A DNA stretch of 64,000 nucleotides from positions 16,552 through 80,551 of the forward strand of contig JAJDOG010000034.1 in the NCBI GenBank assembly GCA_022340285.1, given 5' to 3'. Position numbers and translations under genes: made by a program. Each line of letters starts with the position of its first letter. The stretch's first letter is position 1. This DNA comes from Betaproteobacteria bacterium. Lineage in GTDB: Bacteria > Pseudomonadota > Gammaproteobacteria > Burkholderiales > SG8-39. This document shows, one piece after another, positions 10,351-19,226 of this stretch. The notes under the pieces are model-generated. The model was not told where the DNA came from. It saw only the letters and a program-made list of their open reading frames with translations, and made no database searches.

Positions 10351-11091
10351 ATGACTCAGCACGTCGCGTTCGTGACCGGTGGCATGGGGGGCATCGGCAC
10401 GGCGATCTGCAAGCGGCTCGCTCGGGACGGCAACAAGGTTGTCGCCAACTGCCTGCCGGGATATGACAAGAAGGATGAGTGGTTGCAGTCGATGCGGGGC
10501 GAAGGGTATGACGTCTACGCCGCCGAAGGCAACGTGGAGGAATACGAATCCTGCGCGGAAATGTTCTACAACCTGCGTTCGGTGGTCGGTCCCGTGGACG
10601 TGCTGGTGAACAACGCCGGGATCACGCGCGATGGGGTCTTTCGGCGCATGACGCCCGGTGACTGGTACGCGGTGATCAACACCAACCTGAACTCGGTGTT
10701 CAACGTCACTCGCCAGGTGATCGACGGCATGATGGAACGCGGTTGGGGCCGGGTCGTCAACATCTCCTCGGTGAACGCGCTGAAGGGACAGTTCGGCCAG
10801 ACGAACTACTCGGCGGCGAAGGCCGGAATGCACGGCTTTTCCAAGGCGCTCGCGCAGGAGGTTGTAAAGAAAGGCGTCACGGTGAATACCCTCTCGCCGG
10901 GATACGTCAACACCGACATGGTGCGCGCGATAAAGCCCGAGATCCTGCAGAACATCGTCGCGTCGATCCCGATGGGGCGACTCGCCGAGCCGGAGGAGAT
11001 CGCCGGGCTGATCGCGTACCTGTGCTCCGAGGAGGCGGGCTATATTACCGGCGCGAACATCTCGATCAACGGCGGTCTGCACATGGACTGA
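10351..11091 (+). CDS. phaB: Acetoacetyl-CoA reductase PhaB (SDR)
   Basis: TGGMGGIG, NNAGITRD and YSAAKAG (YxxxK). 246 aa, directly after phaA. Confidence 0.93.
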   Translation: MTQHVAFVTGGMGGIGTAICKRLARDGNKVVANCLPGYDKKDEWLQSMRGEGYDVYAAEGNVEEYESCAEMFYNLRSVVGPVDVLVNNAGITRDGVFRRMTPGDWYAVINTNLNSVFNVTRQVIDGMMERGWGRVVNISSVNALKGQFGQTNYSAAKAGMHGFSKALAQEVVKKGVTVNTLSPGYVNTDMVRAIKPEILQNIVASIPMGRLAEPEEIAGLIAYLCSEEAGYITGANISINGGLHMD

Positions 11092-11181
11092 CACGGCCGG
11101 CCCGTCGAGCGGCGGCATCGAGGCGTGCCATAATCCAGGAAGAACCGCGAACGGGGAATTTGAGAAGGAAGGAGGACGGCG

Positions 11182-11925
11182 ATGGTGCAGAGAGTGGCTC
11201 TGATCACGGGCGGCATGGGCGGCCTGGGCGAATCGATCAGCGTGAAGATGCACGATGCGGGGTTCCGGGTGGTCGTCACCCACTCGCCGGGCAACAAGAA
11301 CGCGACGGCGTGGAACGCCGAAATGAAGGCGCAGGGCTACGACTTCCACCCTGTGCCGGTGGACGTTGCGGACTTCGAGTCGTGCCAGCAATGCGTGGCG
11401 CGGGTCGAGTCGGAGGTTGGGCCGGTCGATATCCTGGTCAACAACGCCGGCATCACCCGCGACATGACTTTCAAGAAGATGGGCAAGCCCGACTGGGACG
11501 CGGTGATGAAGACGAATCTCGACAGCGTCTTCAACATGACCAAGCCAGTCTGTGACGGCATGGTCGAGCGCAGCTGGGGCCGCGTGATCAACGTGTCCTC
11601 GGTGAACGGGCAGAAAGGCGCATTCGGCCAGACGAACTACTCGGCGGCCAAGGCGGGCATGCACGGTTTCACCAAGGCACTCGCGCTGGAGGTCGCCCGC
11701 AAGGGCGTGACGGTGAATACGATTTCGCCGGGCTACATCGGGACCAAAATGGTCATGGCGATCCCGAAGGACATCCTGGACTCGAAGATCGTCCCCCAGA
11801 TTCCGGTCGGCCGCCTGGGCAAGCCGGACGAAGTCGCCGGGCTGATCATCTACCTATGCTCGGAGGAGGCCGCGTTCGTGACGGGCGCGAACATTGCCAT
11901 CAATGGCGGTCAGCACATGTATTGA
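11182..11925 (+). CDS. Second acetoacetyl-CoA reductase paralogue (PhaB-like SDR)
   Basis: Same motifs as phaB (TGGMGGLG, NNAGITRD, YSAAKAGMHGF). Roughly 60 percent identical to the upstream copy by eye. Tandem arrangement. Confidence 0.88.
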   Translation: MVQRVALITGGMGGLGESISVKMHDAGFRVVVTHSPGNKNATAWNAEMKAQGYDFHPVPVDVADFESCQQCVARVESEVGPVDILVNNAGITRDMTFKKMGKPDWDAVMKTNLDSVFNMTKPVCDGMVERSWGRVINVSSVNGQKGAFGQTNYSAAKAGMHGFTKALALEVARKGVTVNTISPGYIGTKMVMAIPKDILDSKIVPQIPVGRLGKPDEVAGLIIYLCSEEAAFVTGANIAINGGQHMY

Positions 11926-12025
11926 TGGTCCCGGGGTCCGCACGGCGCGGGGTGCCGATGCGGGCGGGACGAGCGCAATGCCCCGCGCGGGCGCGCGGGG
12001 CGGAAAGACGGGAGCAGTAGTGGGC

Positions 12026-12556
12026 TTATTTCTTCGTCGCGCCACGCACCATCTGCGCCGCGGCCGCCTTGATGGCGGACTCGGAGAGGGCGGCGAACTG
12101 CCGGCTGGCCTGATTGAGACTCTCCATCATCGCGGAAGTGGCGGCGAGCGTGGATTTCAGCGCCGCGGCCTGGAGGTCGCCGCCGGGCGCGTTCTTGCCG
12201 AGCTTGTCGGCAGACTCGGTGACGTCCTTGGAAAAGCGCGCGACGCCGTCCTCGAACATCTTGGAGAGCGCGGACTGCGTTTCCGATACGAGCTCGTAGA
12301 CGCTGTTCGCGTACGCCGCCGCCTGCTGCATGTTCGTCTCGGCGAGGCGGCTGCGGAGTGCCATCAGCTCCTGCGGATCGTGCGCGGAGAGGAGTTCGCG
12401 GGTCGCCTTGGTGTTTTGCTCAAGCGACGCGCGAGCGGCGTCCAGATTGAGTCGGAGCAACTGTTCCGCCGTGGTGAGTCCGGCGCGCGCATAGGTCATT
12501 GCGGCGTCGACCGCAGCTTGGTTCCAGTCGGCCATCTGCTTGGTGGGATCGATCAT
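12026..12556 (-). CDS. phaP: Phasin (PHA granule-associated protein) PhaP
   Basis: 176-aa Ala/Gln-rich helical protein with phasin-type sequence (WNQAAVDAAMTYA..., LRSRLAETNMQQAAAYA). Divergent from phaR. Confidence 0.85.
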   Translation of the reverse strand: MIDPTKQMADWNQAAVDAAMTYARAGLTTAEQLLRLNLDAARASLEQNTKATRELLSAHDPQELMALRSRLAETNMQQAAAYANSVYELVSETQSALSKMFEDGVARFSKDVTESADKLGKNAPGGDLQAAALKSTLAATSAMMESLNQASRQFAALSESAIKAAAAQMVRGATKK

Positions 12557-12630
12557 GACGGGCCTCGTGCTTCTGGGTTGACGATAGGTCTCGAGAACGT
12601 TTACCGGAAGGTATCAAAGGCGAGAATGGA

Positions 12631-12651
12631 ATTTGCTGCATTGCAGCAAAT
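12631..12651. promoter_or_regulatory. Perfect 21-bp palindrome ATTTGCTGCA-T-TGCAGCAAAT; candidate PhaR operator in the phaP/phaR divergent region
   Basis: 10-bp arms with no mismatch, centred about 75-95 nt from both start codons. A third half-site, TGCAGCAA, lies at 12661-12668. TTGCAG at 12641-12646 could serve as the -35 for phaR, and its complement as the -35 for phaP. Confidence 0.55.
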
Positions 12652-12726
12652 TACTCTCAATGCAGCAATCTGGCAAGCGGTGCCGTCCGTACTTCGGTGG
12701 CATCATTGCAATCCTGCGAGTACGCG

Positions 12727-13341
12727 ATGAAATCAGCGAGAACCGAAAGTACGATGCCCGAATCCGTCCGACTGATCAAGAAGTACCCCAACCGCCGGCT
12801 TTACGACACCCAGACGTCGAGTTACATCACGCTGGCCGACGTCAAGGACTTGGTGTTGAAGCACGAGAGCTTCCAGGTCGTGGATGCGAAATCCAGCGAG
12901 GACCTCACGCGCCAGATTCTGCTCCAGATCATCCTGGAGGAGGAGTCGGCGGGGTCGCCGATGTTCTCGCACGACGCGCTCACGCATCTCATCCGCTTCT
13001 ACGGCAATGCGATGCAGGGAATCATGGGCAACTACCTCGAGCGCAACATCCAGGCTTTCATGGAGATCCAGAAGAACCTGCAGGACCAGTCGCGCGCGCT
13101 CTACGGCGATTCCGCGAAGGGCAACCAGGAGGTGTGGTCGCAATTCCTGACGTTCCAGGGCCCGGCCATGCAGAGTCTGATGCAGACCTACCTGGAGCAG
13201 AGCAAGAACATGTTCGCGCAGATGCAGGATCAGCTACAGGCGCAGACGCGCAACATGTTCAACGCTTTTGGCGGGTTCAGTCAGTCGCCGACGCGGGACG
13301 AAACCAAGCCCGAGGTGGACGAACCCGACGAGAAGGCGTGA
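12727..13341 (+). CDS. phaR: PHA synthesis repressor PhaR
   Basis: Hallmark N-terminus [25 protein letters not shown], and collinear with the C. necator PhaR sequence as I recall it. Alternative ATG starts at 12697 and 12754. Confidence 0.92.
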   Translation: MKSARTESTMPESVRLIKKYPNRRLYDTQTSSYITLADVKDLVLKHESFQVVDAKSSEDLTRQILLQIILEEESAGSPMFSHDALTHLIRFYGNAMQGIMGNYLERNIQAFMEIQKNLQDQSRALYGDSAKGNQEVWSQFLTFQGPAMQSLMQTYLEQSKNMFAQMQDQLQAQTRNMFNAFGGFSQSPTRDETKPEVDEPDEKA

Positions 13342-13354
13342 GCGCGATCGGGTA

Positions 13355-14707
13355 ATGGGGCCGACGCCAAAGATCGGGTTCGTATCGCTCGGCTGCCCCA
13401 AGGCAATCGTCGACTCGGAGCGGATCCTCACGCAGCTGCGTGCAGAAGGCTACGGGACTTCGCCCACCTACGACGGGGCGGACCTCGTCATCGTCAATAC
13501 CTGCGGTTTCATCGATCCCGCGGTAGAGGAGTCCCTGGAAGCGATCGGCGAGGCGCTCGCGCTTAACGGGCGGGTGATCGTCACCGGCTGTCTCGGAGCA
13601 AGAGGCGACGTGATCAGGCGGGCGCATCCGAGCGTGCTGGCGGTCACCGGTCCGCACGATGTCAACGCCGTGATGGCTGCCGTGCACGCGGCGCACCCGC
13701 GGCCACACGATCCGTTCGCTGACCTGGTGCCGCCGCAAGGCATCCGGCTGACGCCCGGGCACTATGCGTATCTCAAGCTTTCGGAGGGCTGCAATCACCG
13801 CTGCACGTTCTGCATCATCCCGTCGCTGCGCGGCGACCTCGTCAGTCGCCCGATCGGCGAGGTCATGAGCGAGGCCGAAAGGCTGGTCGCCGCAGGCGTC
13901 AAGGAGCTGCTGGTCATCTCGCAGGATACGAGCGCCTACGGCGTGGACATGCGCTATCGCACGGGGTTTTGGGGCGGTCGCCCGGTCAAGACGCGCATGA
14001 CCGATCTCGCGCGCGCGCTCGGCACACTCGGCGCCTGGGTCCGACTGCACTACGTTTATCCCTACCCGCATGTCGACGAGGTGATCCCCCTGATGAACGA
14101 GGGGAAGGTGCTGCCCTATCTCGACGTTCCATTCCAGCATGCGAGCCCGCGTATCCTCAAGCTCATGAAGCGTCCCGCCAGCGGCGAGCGGAACCTCGAA
14201 CGGATCCGTCGATGGCGCGAGGTCTGTCCCGAGCTCACCATACGGAGCACTTTCATCGTCGGATTCCCGGGTGAGACGGAGCGCGAGTTCGAGGAGCTGC
14301 TCGCTTTTCTCGAGGAGGCGGAGTTGGACCGGGTGGGCTGCTTTGCTTATTCCGCCGTGGAAGGCGCGGCCGCGAACGGACTGCCCGGGCAGGTTTCCGA
14401 GCGCCTCAAGGAAGAGCGGCGAGCGCGATTCATGGCGGTTCAGGAACGGGTCAGCGCGAAGCGGCTGGGCGACAAGGTGGGCAAGACGGTGCGAGTGCTG
14501 ATCGATGCGGTCGAAGCGGGGCGTGCGATCGGTCGCTCCGCGGCGGACGCCCCGGAAATCGACGGGCTCGTCTACGTCGAGCACCCGGGCAAGGTGAAGC
14601 CGGGCGACTGGGTGGACGTGCGCGTCGCTCGCGCCGACGCGCACGACCTCTTCGGGACGCCGGTAAGGTCGGCCTCCCGCAAGCGGGAGCTCGTGGCGGC
14701 GAATTGA
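13355..14707 (+). CDS. rimO: Ribosomal protein S12 (Asp88) methylthiotransferase RimO
   Basis: UPF0004 N-domain ([11 protein letters not shown]), radical [11 protein letters not shown], and a C-terminal TRAM domain. Start at the ATG at 13355. Confidence 0.93.
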   Translation: MGPTPKIGFVSLGCPKAIVDSERILTQLRAEGYGTSPTYDGADLVIVNTCGFIDPAVEESLEAIGEALALNGRVIVTGCLGARGDVIRRAHPSVLAVTGPHDVNAVMAAVHAAHPRPHDPFADLVPPQGIRLTPGHYAYLKLSEGCNHRCTFCIIPSLRGDLVSRPIGEVMSEAERLVAAGVKELLVISQDTSAYGVDMRYRTGFWGGRPVKTRMTDLARALGTLGAWVRLHYVYPYPHVDEVIPLMNEGKVLPYLDVPFQHASPRILKLMKRPASGERNLERIRRWREVCPELTIRSTFIVGFPGETEREFEELLAFLEEAELDRVGCFAYSAVEGAAANGLPGQVSERLKEERRARFMAVQERVSAKRLGDKVGKTVRVLIDAVEAGRAIGRSAADAPEIDGLVYVEHPGKVKPGDWVDVRVARADAHDLFGTPVRSASRKRELVAAN

Positions 14708-14822
14708 CGCAAATCGTCGGCCCCGATGCGAAGGGGTCGTTCGAGTATCGGCTCTCCGCATCATCGGAGAGACACAACGGCTGCGCGGCGATGGCGCGCG
14801 GCGCAACGCGTAGGAGGAAATC

Positions 14823-16004
14823 ATGGCTCGTGAAGTCGTAGTGCTTTCCGGAGTGCGGACCGCGATCGGCGATTACGGTGGCGCGCTGAAGGACGTCCCA
14901 CCGACCCAGCTCGGCGCCACCGCGATCCGCGAAGCGGTGTCGCGCGCGAAGATCGATCCGGCGACGGTCGGCCACGCGGTGATCGGCAGCGTGATCCACG
15001 GTGAAGCGCGGGACATGTACATCTCTCGCGTGGCGGCGGTGGACGCCGGCCTGCCCGTCGGCACGCCATGCCTGACGGTAAATCGACTGTGCGGCAGCGG
15101 CCTGCAGGCGATCGTCTCGGCTGCACAGCACATCATGCTGGGCGATTGCGACGTGGCGGTGGGCGGCGGCGCCGAGAGCATGAGCCGCGCCGCGTATTTT
15201 CTGCCTTCGGCCCGCTGGGGACAGCGTATGGGTGACGCCGCTGCGCTGGACGCGATGACCGCTGCGCTGCACGACCCGTTCGGCCACGGCCACATGGGCG
15301 TCACCGCGGAGAACGTCGCTGCCAAGTACGGCATCACTCGCGAGGAGCAGGATGCTTTCGCGCTGGAGAGTCACCGGCGCGCCGCAGCCGCCATCGAGGC
15401 GGGACACTTCAAGAGCCAGATCGTGCCGGTGGAGATCAAGAGCCGGAAAGGCACGGTTGTTTTCGACACCGACGAGCACGTGCGCAAGAGCGCCAAGATC
15501 GAGGACATGTCGAAGCTCAAGCCGGCATTCAAGAAGGATGGCACGGTCACTGCGGGGAATGCCTCGGGAATCAACGACGGCGCTGCGGCGGTCGTCCTGA
15601 TGGAGCGCTCGGCCGCGGAGAAGCAGGGCCTCAAACCGCTCGCGCGGCTGGTGGCCTATGCGCACGCGGGTGTCGAGCCTCAATTGATGGGTCTCGGCCC
15701 GATTCCGGCGGTCAAGCGCGTGTTCGAGAAGTCCGGCATGAAGCCCTCCGACATGCACGTGATCGAATCGAACGAGGCTTTCGCGGTGCAGGCAATGGCC
15801 GTCTCGCGTGACCTGGGGTTCGACACGGCGCGCGTCAATCCCAATGGTGGCGCGGTGGCCCTGGGCCATCCCGTCGGCGCGACCGGCGCAATTCTCACGG
15901 TCAAGGCCCTGTACGAGCTCGCCCGCATCGACAAGCGGTATGCGCTCGTGACGATGTGCATCGGAGGCGGGCAGGGGATCGCTGCGATCTTCGAGCGCAT
16001 GTGA
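14823..16004 (+). CDS. bktB: Beta-ketothiolase BktB-type acetyl-CoA C-acyltransferase
   Basis: Near collinear with the C. necator BktB sequence as I recall it (REVVV.SGVRTAIG, NRLCGSGLQAIVSAAQ, GNASG.ND.AAAVV, MCIGGGQGIAAIFER). Confidence 0.9.
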   Translation: MAREVVVLSGVRTAIGDYGGALKDVPPTQLGATAIREAVSRAKIDPATVGHAVIGSVIHGEARDMYISRVAAVDAGLPVGTPCLTVNRLCGSGLQAIVSAAQHIMLGDCDVAVGGGAESMSRAAYFLPSARWGQRMGDAAALDAMTAALHDPFGHGHMGVTAENVAAKYGITREEQDAFALESHRRAAAAIEAGHFKSQIVPVEIKSRKGTVVFDTDEHVRKSAKIEDMSKLKPAFKKDGTVTAGNASGINDGAAAVVLMERSAAEKQGLKPLARLVAYAHAGVEPQLMGLGPIPAVKRVFEKSGMKPSDMHVIESNEAFAVQAMAVSRDLGFDTARVNPNGGAVALGHPVGATGAILTVKALYELARIDKRYALVTMCIGGGQGIAAIFERM

Positions 16005-16032
16005 TTGATCAGCGCGAGGCAAGGGACGACGA

Positions 16033-17508
16033 GTGAGGCGTGACCGTGGTCGGGCGCGCGACAGTGCGGGCGCGCCCGATCTGGTGACGCGACGCGCATT
16101 TCTGAAGCAGTCGGCGGGTATTGCTCTCGCCTCCGCGTTCATATCGCCTGCCACGGCCGAGAGCGTCGGCGAGGGCGTCTGGCCGGTCCTCAACGCCGTC
16201 GCGGCGAACCAGCAGCTTGCGCCGGAACAGTATCCGAAGACGGCGATCTGGGGCTACAACGGCGTGACACCGGGCCCCGTGCTCCGGCTGCAGCAGGGCG
16301 AGCGGCTGCGTGTGCGCCTGTCCAACAGCCTTCCCGGTCAGGACACGACGATCCATTGGCACGGCGTACGTTTGCCGAACGACATGGACGGCGTGCCGCA
16401 GGTCACGCAACCTCCCGTCGGCCCCGGCCAGATCTTCGATTACGAGTTCGTCGCCCAGGATGCGGGCACATACTGGTATCACTCCCAGTTGCTCGCCTAC
16501 GAACAGGTCGCGCGCGGCCTGCACGGAGCGCTCATCGTCGACGAGCCGGTCCAGGTCGAAGTGGATCGCGATCTCCTCTGGGTGATTGCTGACTGGCGTT
16601 TCAATCCGAGGGCGGCGATCCAGGACGACTTCCAGGACCTGCACGACCTTTCCCACGCCGGACGCCTTGGAAGTGCCATGACCATCAACGGACGATTCGC
16701 GCGCGAGGTGCCGCTCGAGATTCGAGCGGGCGAGCGGGTGCGTCTGCGCCTGGTCAATGCGTGCGTCGCGCGTATCCTCGGCCTGCGATTCGCCGATCAC
16801 GACCCGGCCGTGATCGCCCTAGATGGCCAGCCCGTGGAACCGCACGCGCTCGGGGACGGCGGCCTAATCCTCGGGCCGGGCATGCGTGCCGACTTGGTAC
16901 TCGACGGTACGGGCTCGCCCGGCAGACGGCATGCCATCGAGGATGCGTACTACCCTGGCGATCGCACTGAGGTCTCGGAGATCGTCTACCGTGACGAGGC
17001 GCCCTTGCGAAGCACCTTTGGGTCGCCTCCCGCACTGCCACCGAATCCGGTACCCGAGCCTGACCTGGCGCGGGCGGAACGCCGCGAGCTTGTGCTGCAG
17101 GGGGGCGCAATGGGCTCGTTGCGCGAGGCGCGCGTGCGCGGCCGGCCGACATCCATCGGGGAGATGTTGCGCGAGCATCACCTCGGGTGGGCCATCAACG
17201 GCGTGGCCGGCAAGGGTCAGGGCGATGCGCCGCTATTGAGCCTGAAGCGCGGCGGACACTACGTCATCAAGATCCGGAACGACACCGGCTGGGACCATCC
17301 GATGCACCTGCACGGCCATGTCTTCCGGTTGATCACCCGGAACGGACAGCCTGCGCGCTATCGCCCATTGGGGGACACGGTTCTCGTGTCGCGCCGCCAG
17401 TCGGTCGAGATCGCACTCGTCGCGGACAACCCGGGGCTCTGGATGTTTCAGTGCCAGACGCTTCTGCATCAGGAGGGCGGACTGGCGGGATTCGTGCGAG
17501 TGGCGTGA
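16033..17508 (+). CDS. Tat-exported multicopper oxidase family protein with a degenerate trinuclear-copper ligand set
   Basis: Twin-arginine signal TRRAFLKQSAGIALASA..ATA. Motifs HWHG and HPMHLHGH are intact, but WYHSQ replaces WYHSH and QCQTLLH replaces HCHxxxH. Confidence 0.8.
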   Translation: MRRDRGRARDSAGAPDLVTRRAFLKQSAGIALASAFISPATAESVGEGVWPVLNAVAANQQLAPEQYPKTAIWGYNGVTPGPVLRLQQGERLRVRLSNSLPGQDTTIHWHGVRLPNDMDGVPQVTQPPVGPGQIFDYEFVAQDAGTYWYHSQLLAYEQVARGLHGALIVDEPVQVEVDRDLLWVIADWRFNPRAAIQDDFQDLHDLSHAGRLGSAMTINGRFAREVPLEIRAGERVRLRLVNACVARILGLRFADHDPAVIALDGQPVEPHALGDGGLILGPGMRADLVLDGTGSPGRRHAIEDAYYPGDRTEVSEIVYRDEAPLRSTFGSPPALPPNPVPEPDLARAERRELVLQGGAMGSLREARVRGRPTSIGEMLREHHLGWAINGVAGKGQGDAPLLSLKRGGHYVIKIRNDTGWDHPMHLHGHVFRLITRNGQPARYRPLGDTVLVSRRQSVEIALVADNPGLWMFQCQTLLHQEGGLAGFVRVA

Positions 17509-17518
17509 GCCGTCGCGC

Positions 17519-18118
17519 CTAGCCGAGCTGCCTGACGAATCCTGCAATTCCCCGCAGCACCATTTCGACCGCAAACGCAGTCAGGATCAAGCCGAACAGC
17601 CGTTCGATTGCGGCCAGCGCGCGCTTGTCCACACGCCGTGAGAGCCGCTCGGCAAACAAGAGGACCGCGAGGCTTGCGAGCATGGCGATTGCGACGGCCG
17701 CCGTCCACTCCAGGACGCGATCCGGTGCGCGCGACGCAAGCAGGATCACTGTGGCCATCGTGCCCGGTCCCGCGATTGCCGGGACCGCGAGCGGCACGAC
17801 GAGCGGCTCGCCTTCCGGGAGACCCGCGAAGGCGCCGATACCCGGTCGAAAGATCATGCCGAGCGCGATCAGGAACAGGATTACGCCGCCCGCGATGTTC
17901 AGCGACGGATCGGAGAGACCGAACAGGCGCAGCACCCCCTCGCCGGCGAAGACGAACCCGAGCAGCAGGGCGAGAGCGATGAGCCACTCGCGGAACACGA
18001 TCCATGTGCGCCGACCTGGTGCGACGTTCCCGAGCAGGGATACGAACAACGGGATATTGCCCAGCGGGTCGATCACGAGGAACAGGACGACGACCGCGGA
18101 GATGAACGAAAGATCCAT
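17519..18118 (-). CDS. MarC family (UPF0056/NAAT) integral membrane protein
   Basis: 199 aa, about 6 TM. N-terminus FLVIDPLGNIPLFVSLL is typical of MarC family proteins. Confidence 0.8.
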   Translation of the reverse strand: MDLSFISAVVVLFLVIDPLGNIPLFVSLLGNVAPGRRTWIVFREWLIALALLLGFVFAGEGVLRLFGLSDPSLNIAGGVILFLIALGMIFRPGIGAFAGLPEGEPLVVPLAVPAIAGPGTMATVILLASRAPDRVLEWTAAVAIAMLASLAVLLFAERLSRRVDKRALAAIERLFGLILTAFAVEMVLRGIAGFVRQLG

Positions 18119-18127
18119 TTCCCCGTC

Positions 18128-19000
18128 CTATACGCGCGCGCGCAGCGCGATGAACACGCCGCTCGCGACGATGATTGCCATCCCCGCGAGCGACCAGGTG
18201 TCCGGAAACTCGCCGAAGACGGCGTAACCGAGGATCAGCACTGCGACGAGTTGGCTGTAGACGAACGGCGCGAGCACGGACGCCGGGGCATGGTGGAATG
18301 CCCGGATGAGCACGAAATGGCCCACCGCGCCGAGCACGCCGAGCATCACGAGCAGCAGACCGTGCAGGATGTTCTCGGGCGGATGCCAGAAGAACGGCAC
18401 GACGAGGCTCGTCAGCGCGGTACCCACGATGGCCGAGTAGAAGAGCGTGGTGAAGCTCGAATCGACGCCTGCGAGCTGGCGGGTCATGATCTGGTAGCCG
18501 GCGAAGCAGCATGCCGTCGCGAGCGGCAGCATGGCGGCGGGGCTGAACACGGCGCCACCCGGACGGATGATGATCAGCACGCCGACGAAGCCGGCTGCGA
18601 CAGCGATCCAGGCGACAGGAGGCACGCGCTCGCGCAACAGAAGAACCGACAGTGCGGTGAGGAGAAGTGGCGAGACGAAAGTTATCGCGGAGGCCTCGGC
18701 GATGGGCATCAGCGACAGCGCCGAGAAGAAGAGCAGCGTGGCGAGCGCAAGCGTGGCGCCTCGGGCGATTTGCAACCCCGGCCGGCGGGTGCGCAACAGG
18801 TCCAGCTTGAGACGCGGGCCGAGCACGAGAAGCATGAAGAGCGCCTGGGCGAAGTAGCGTGCCCAAACGATGGCCGGTACCGGGTAGGTGCGCGACAGGT
18901 ACTTGGCGGTGGTATCCATGACCGCGAAGGTGGAGACCGCCGCGACGATGAGCAGGATTCCTCGCAGGGGGTGCTGCGAGCCGTTTGAGGAGGCGGACAT
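18128..19000 (-). CDS. EamA/DMT superfamily transporter
   Basis: 290 aa, about 10 TM, with two EamA-like halves (AVSTFAVMDTTAKYL...). Start at the ATG at 19000. The track ORF extension to 19270 runs through the repeat elements. Confidence 0.8.
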   Translation of the reverse strand: MSASSNGSQHPLRGILLIVAAVSTFAVMDTTAKYLSRTYPVPAIVWARYFAQALFMLLVLGPRLKLDLLRTRRPGLQIARGATLALATLLFFSALSLMPIAEASAITFVSPLLLTALSVLLLRERVPPVAWIAVAAGFVGVLIIIRPGGAVFSPAAMLPLATACCFAGYQIMTRQLAGVDSSFTTLFYSAIVGTALTSLVVPFFWHPPENILHGLLLVMLGVLGAVGHFVLIRAFHHAPASVLAPFVYSQLVAVLILGYAVFGEFPDTWSLAGMAIIVASGVFIALRARV

Positions 19001-19107
19001 CGGCGGCGGGGAGGGCGTGCCGCGGCGACGAAGGGCGCAAGCGGTACGGCCTTGAATTATATCGGACGCGCTGCACGCTCCCCTACGTGCGCATAGGCCC
19101 GCATTCT

Positions 19108-19163
19108 GCGGGAAGGGGGGTAACGGGGGGAAACCAGCCGGTTTCCCCCTGTTCGTGACGTTC
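19108..19163. repeat. REP-like hairpin repeat unit, full copy (GCGGGAAGGGGGGTAACGGGGGGAAACCAGCCGGTTTCCCCCTGTTCGTGACGTTC)
   Basis: Contains the inverted repeat GGGGAAACC/GGTTTCCCC. Closely matches 25131-25185 and, in inverted orientation, 24850-24901. Confidence 0.75.
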
Positions 19164-19178
19164 GGGTTTTTCCCGAAA

Positions 19179-19212
19179 GGGGAAACCAGCCAGTTTCCCC
19201 CTGTTCGTGATC
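19179..19212. repeat. REP-like hairpin repeat unit, partial tandem copy (GGGGAAACCAGCCAGTTTCCCCCTGTTCGTGATC)
   Basis: Direct repeat of the core of the 19108-19163 unit. It lies 15 nt from the stop of the minus-strand enolase-like gene. On the minus strand the hairpin is followed by TTTC. Confidence 0.7.
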
Positions 19213-19226
19213 TACCGAATTCTCTT

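Noticed and set aside
8926-11664. 912-aa ORF on the minus strand spanning phaA and both phaB genes
   Set aside because: It is antisense to three genes with unmistakable thiolase and SDR motifs. Its translation is Arg/His/Asp/Val-rich with no motif. This is the typical antisense open frame of high-GC DNA, where stop codons are rare opposite GC-rich third positions.
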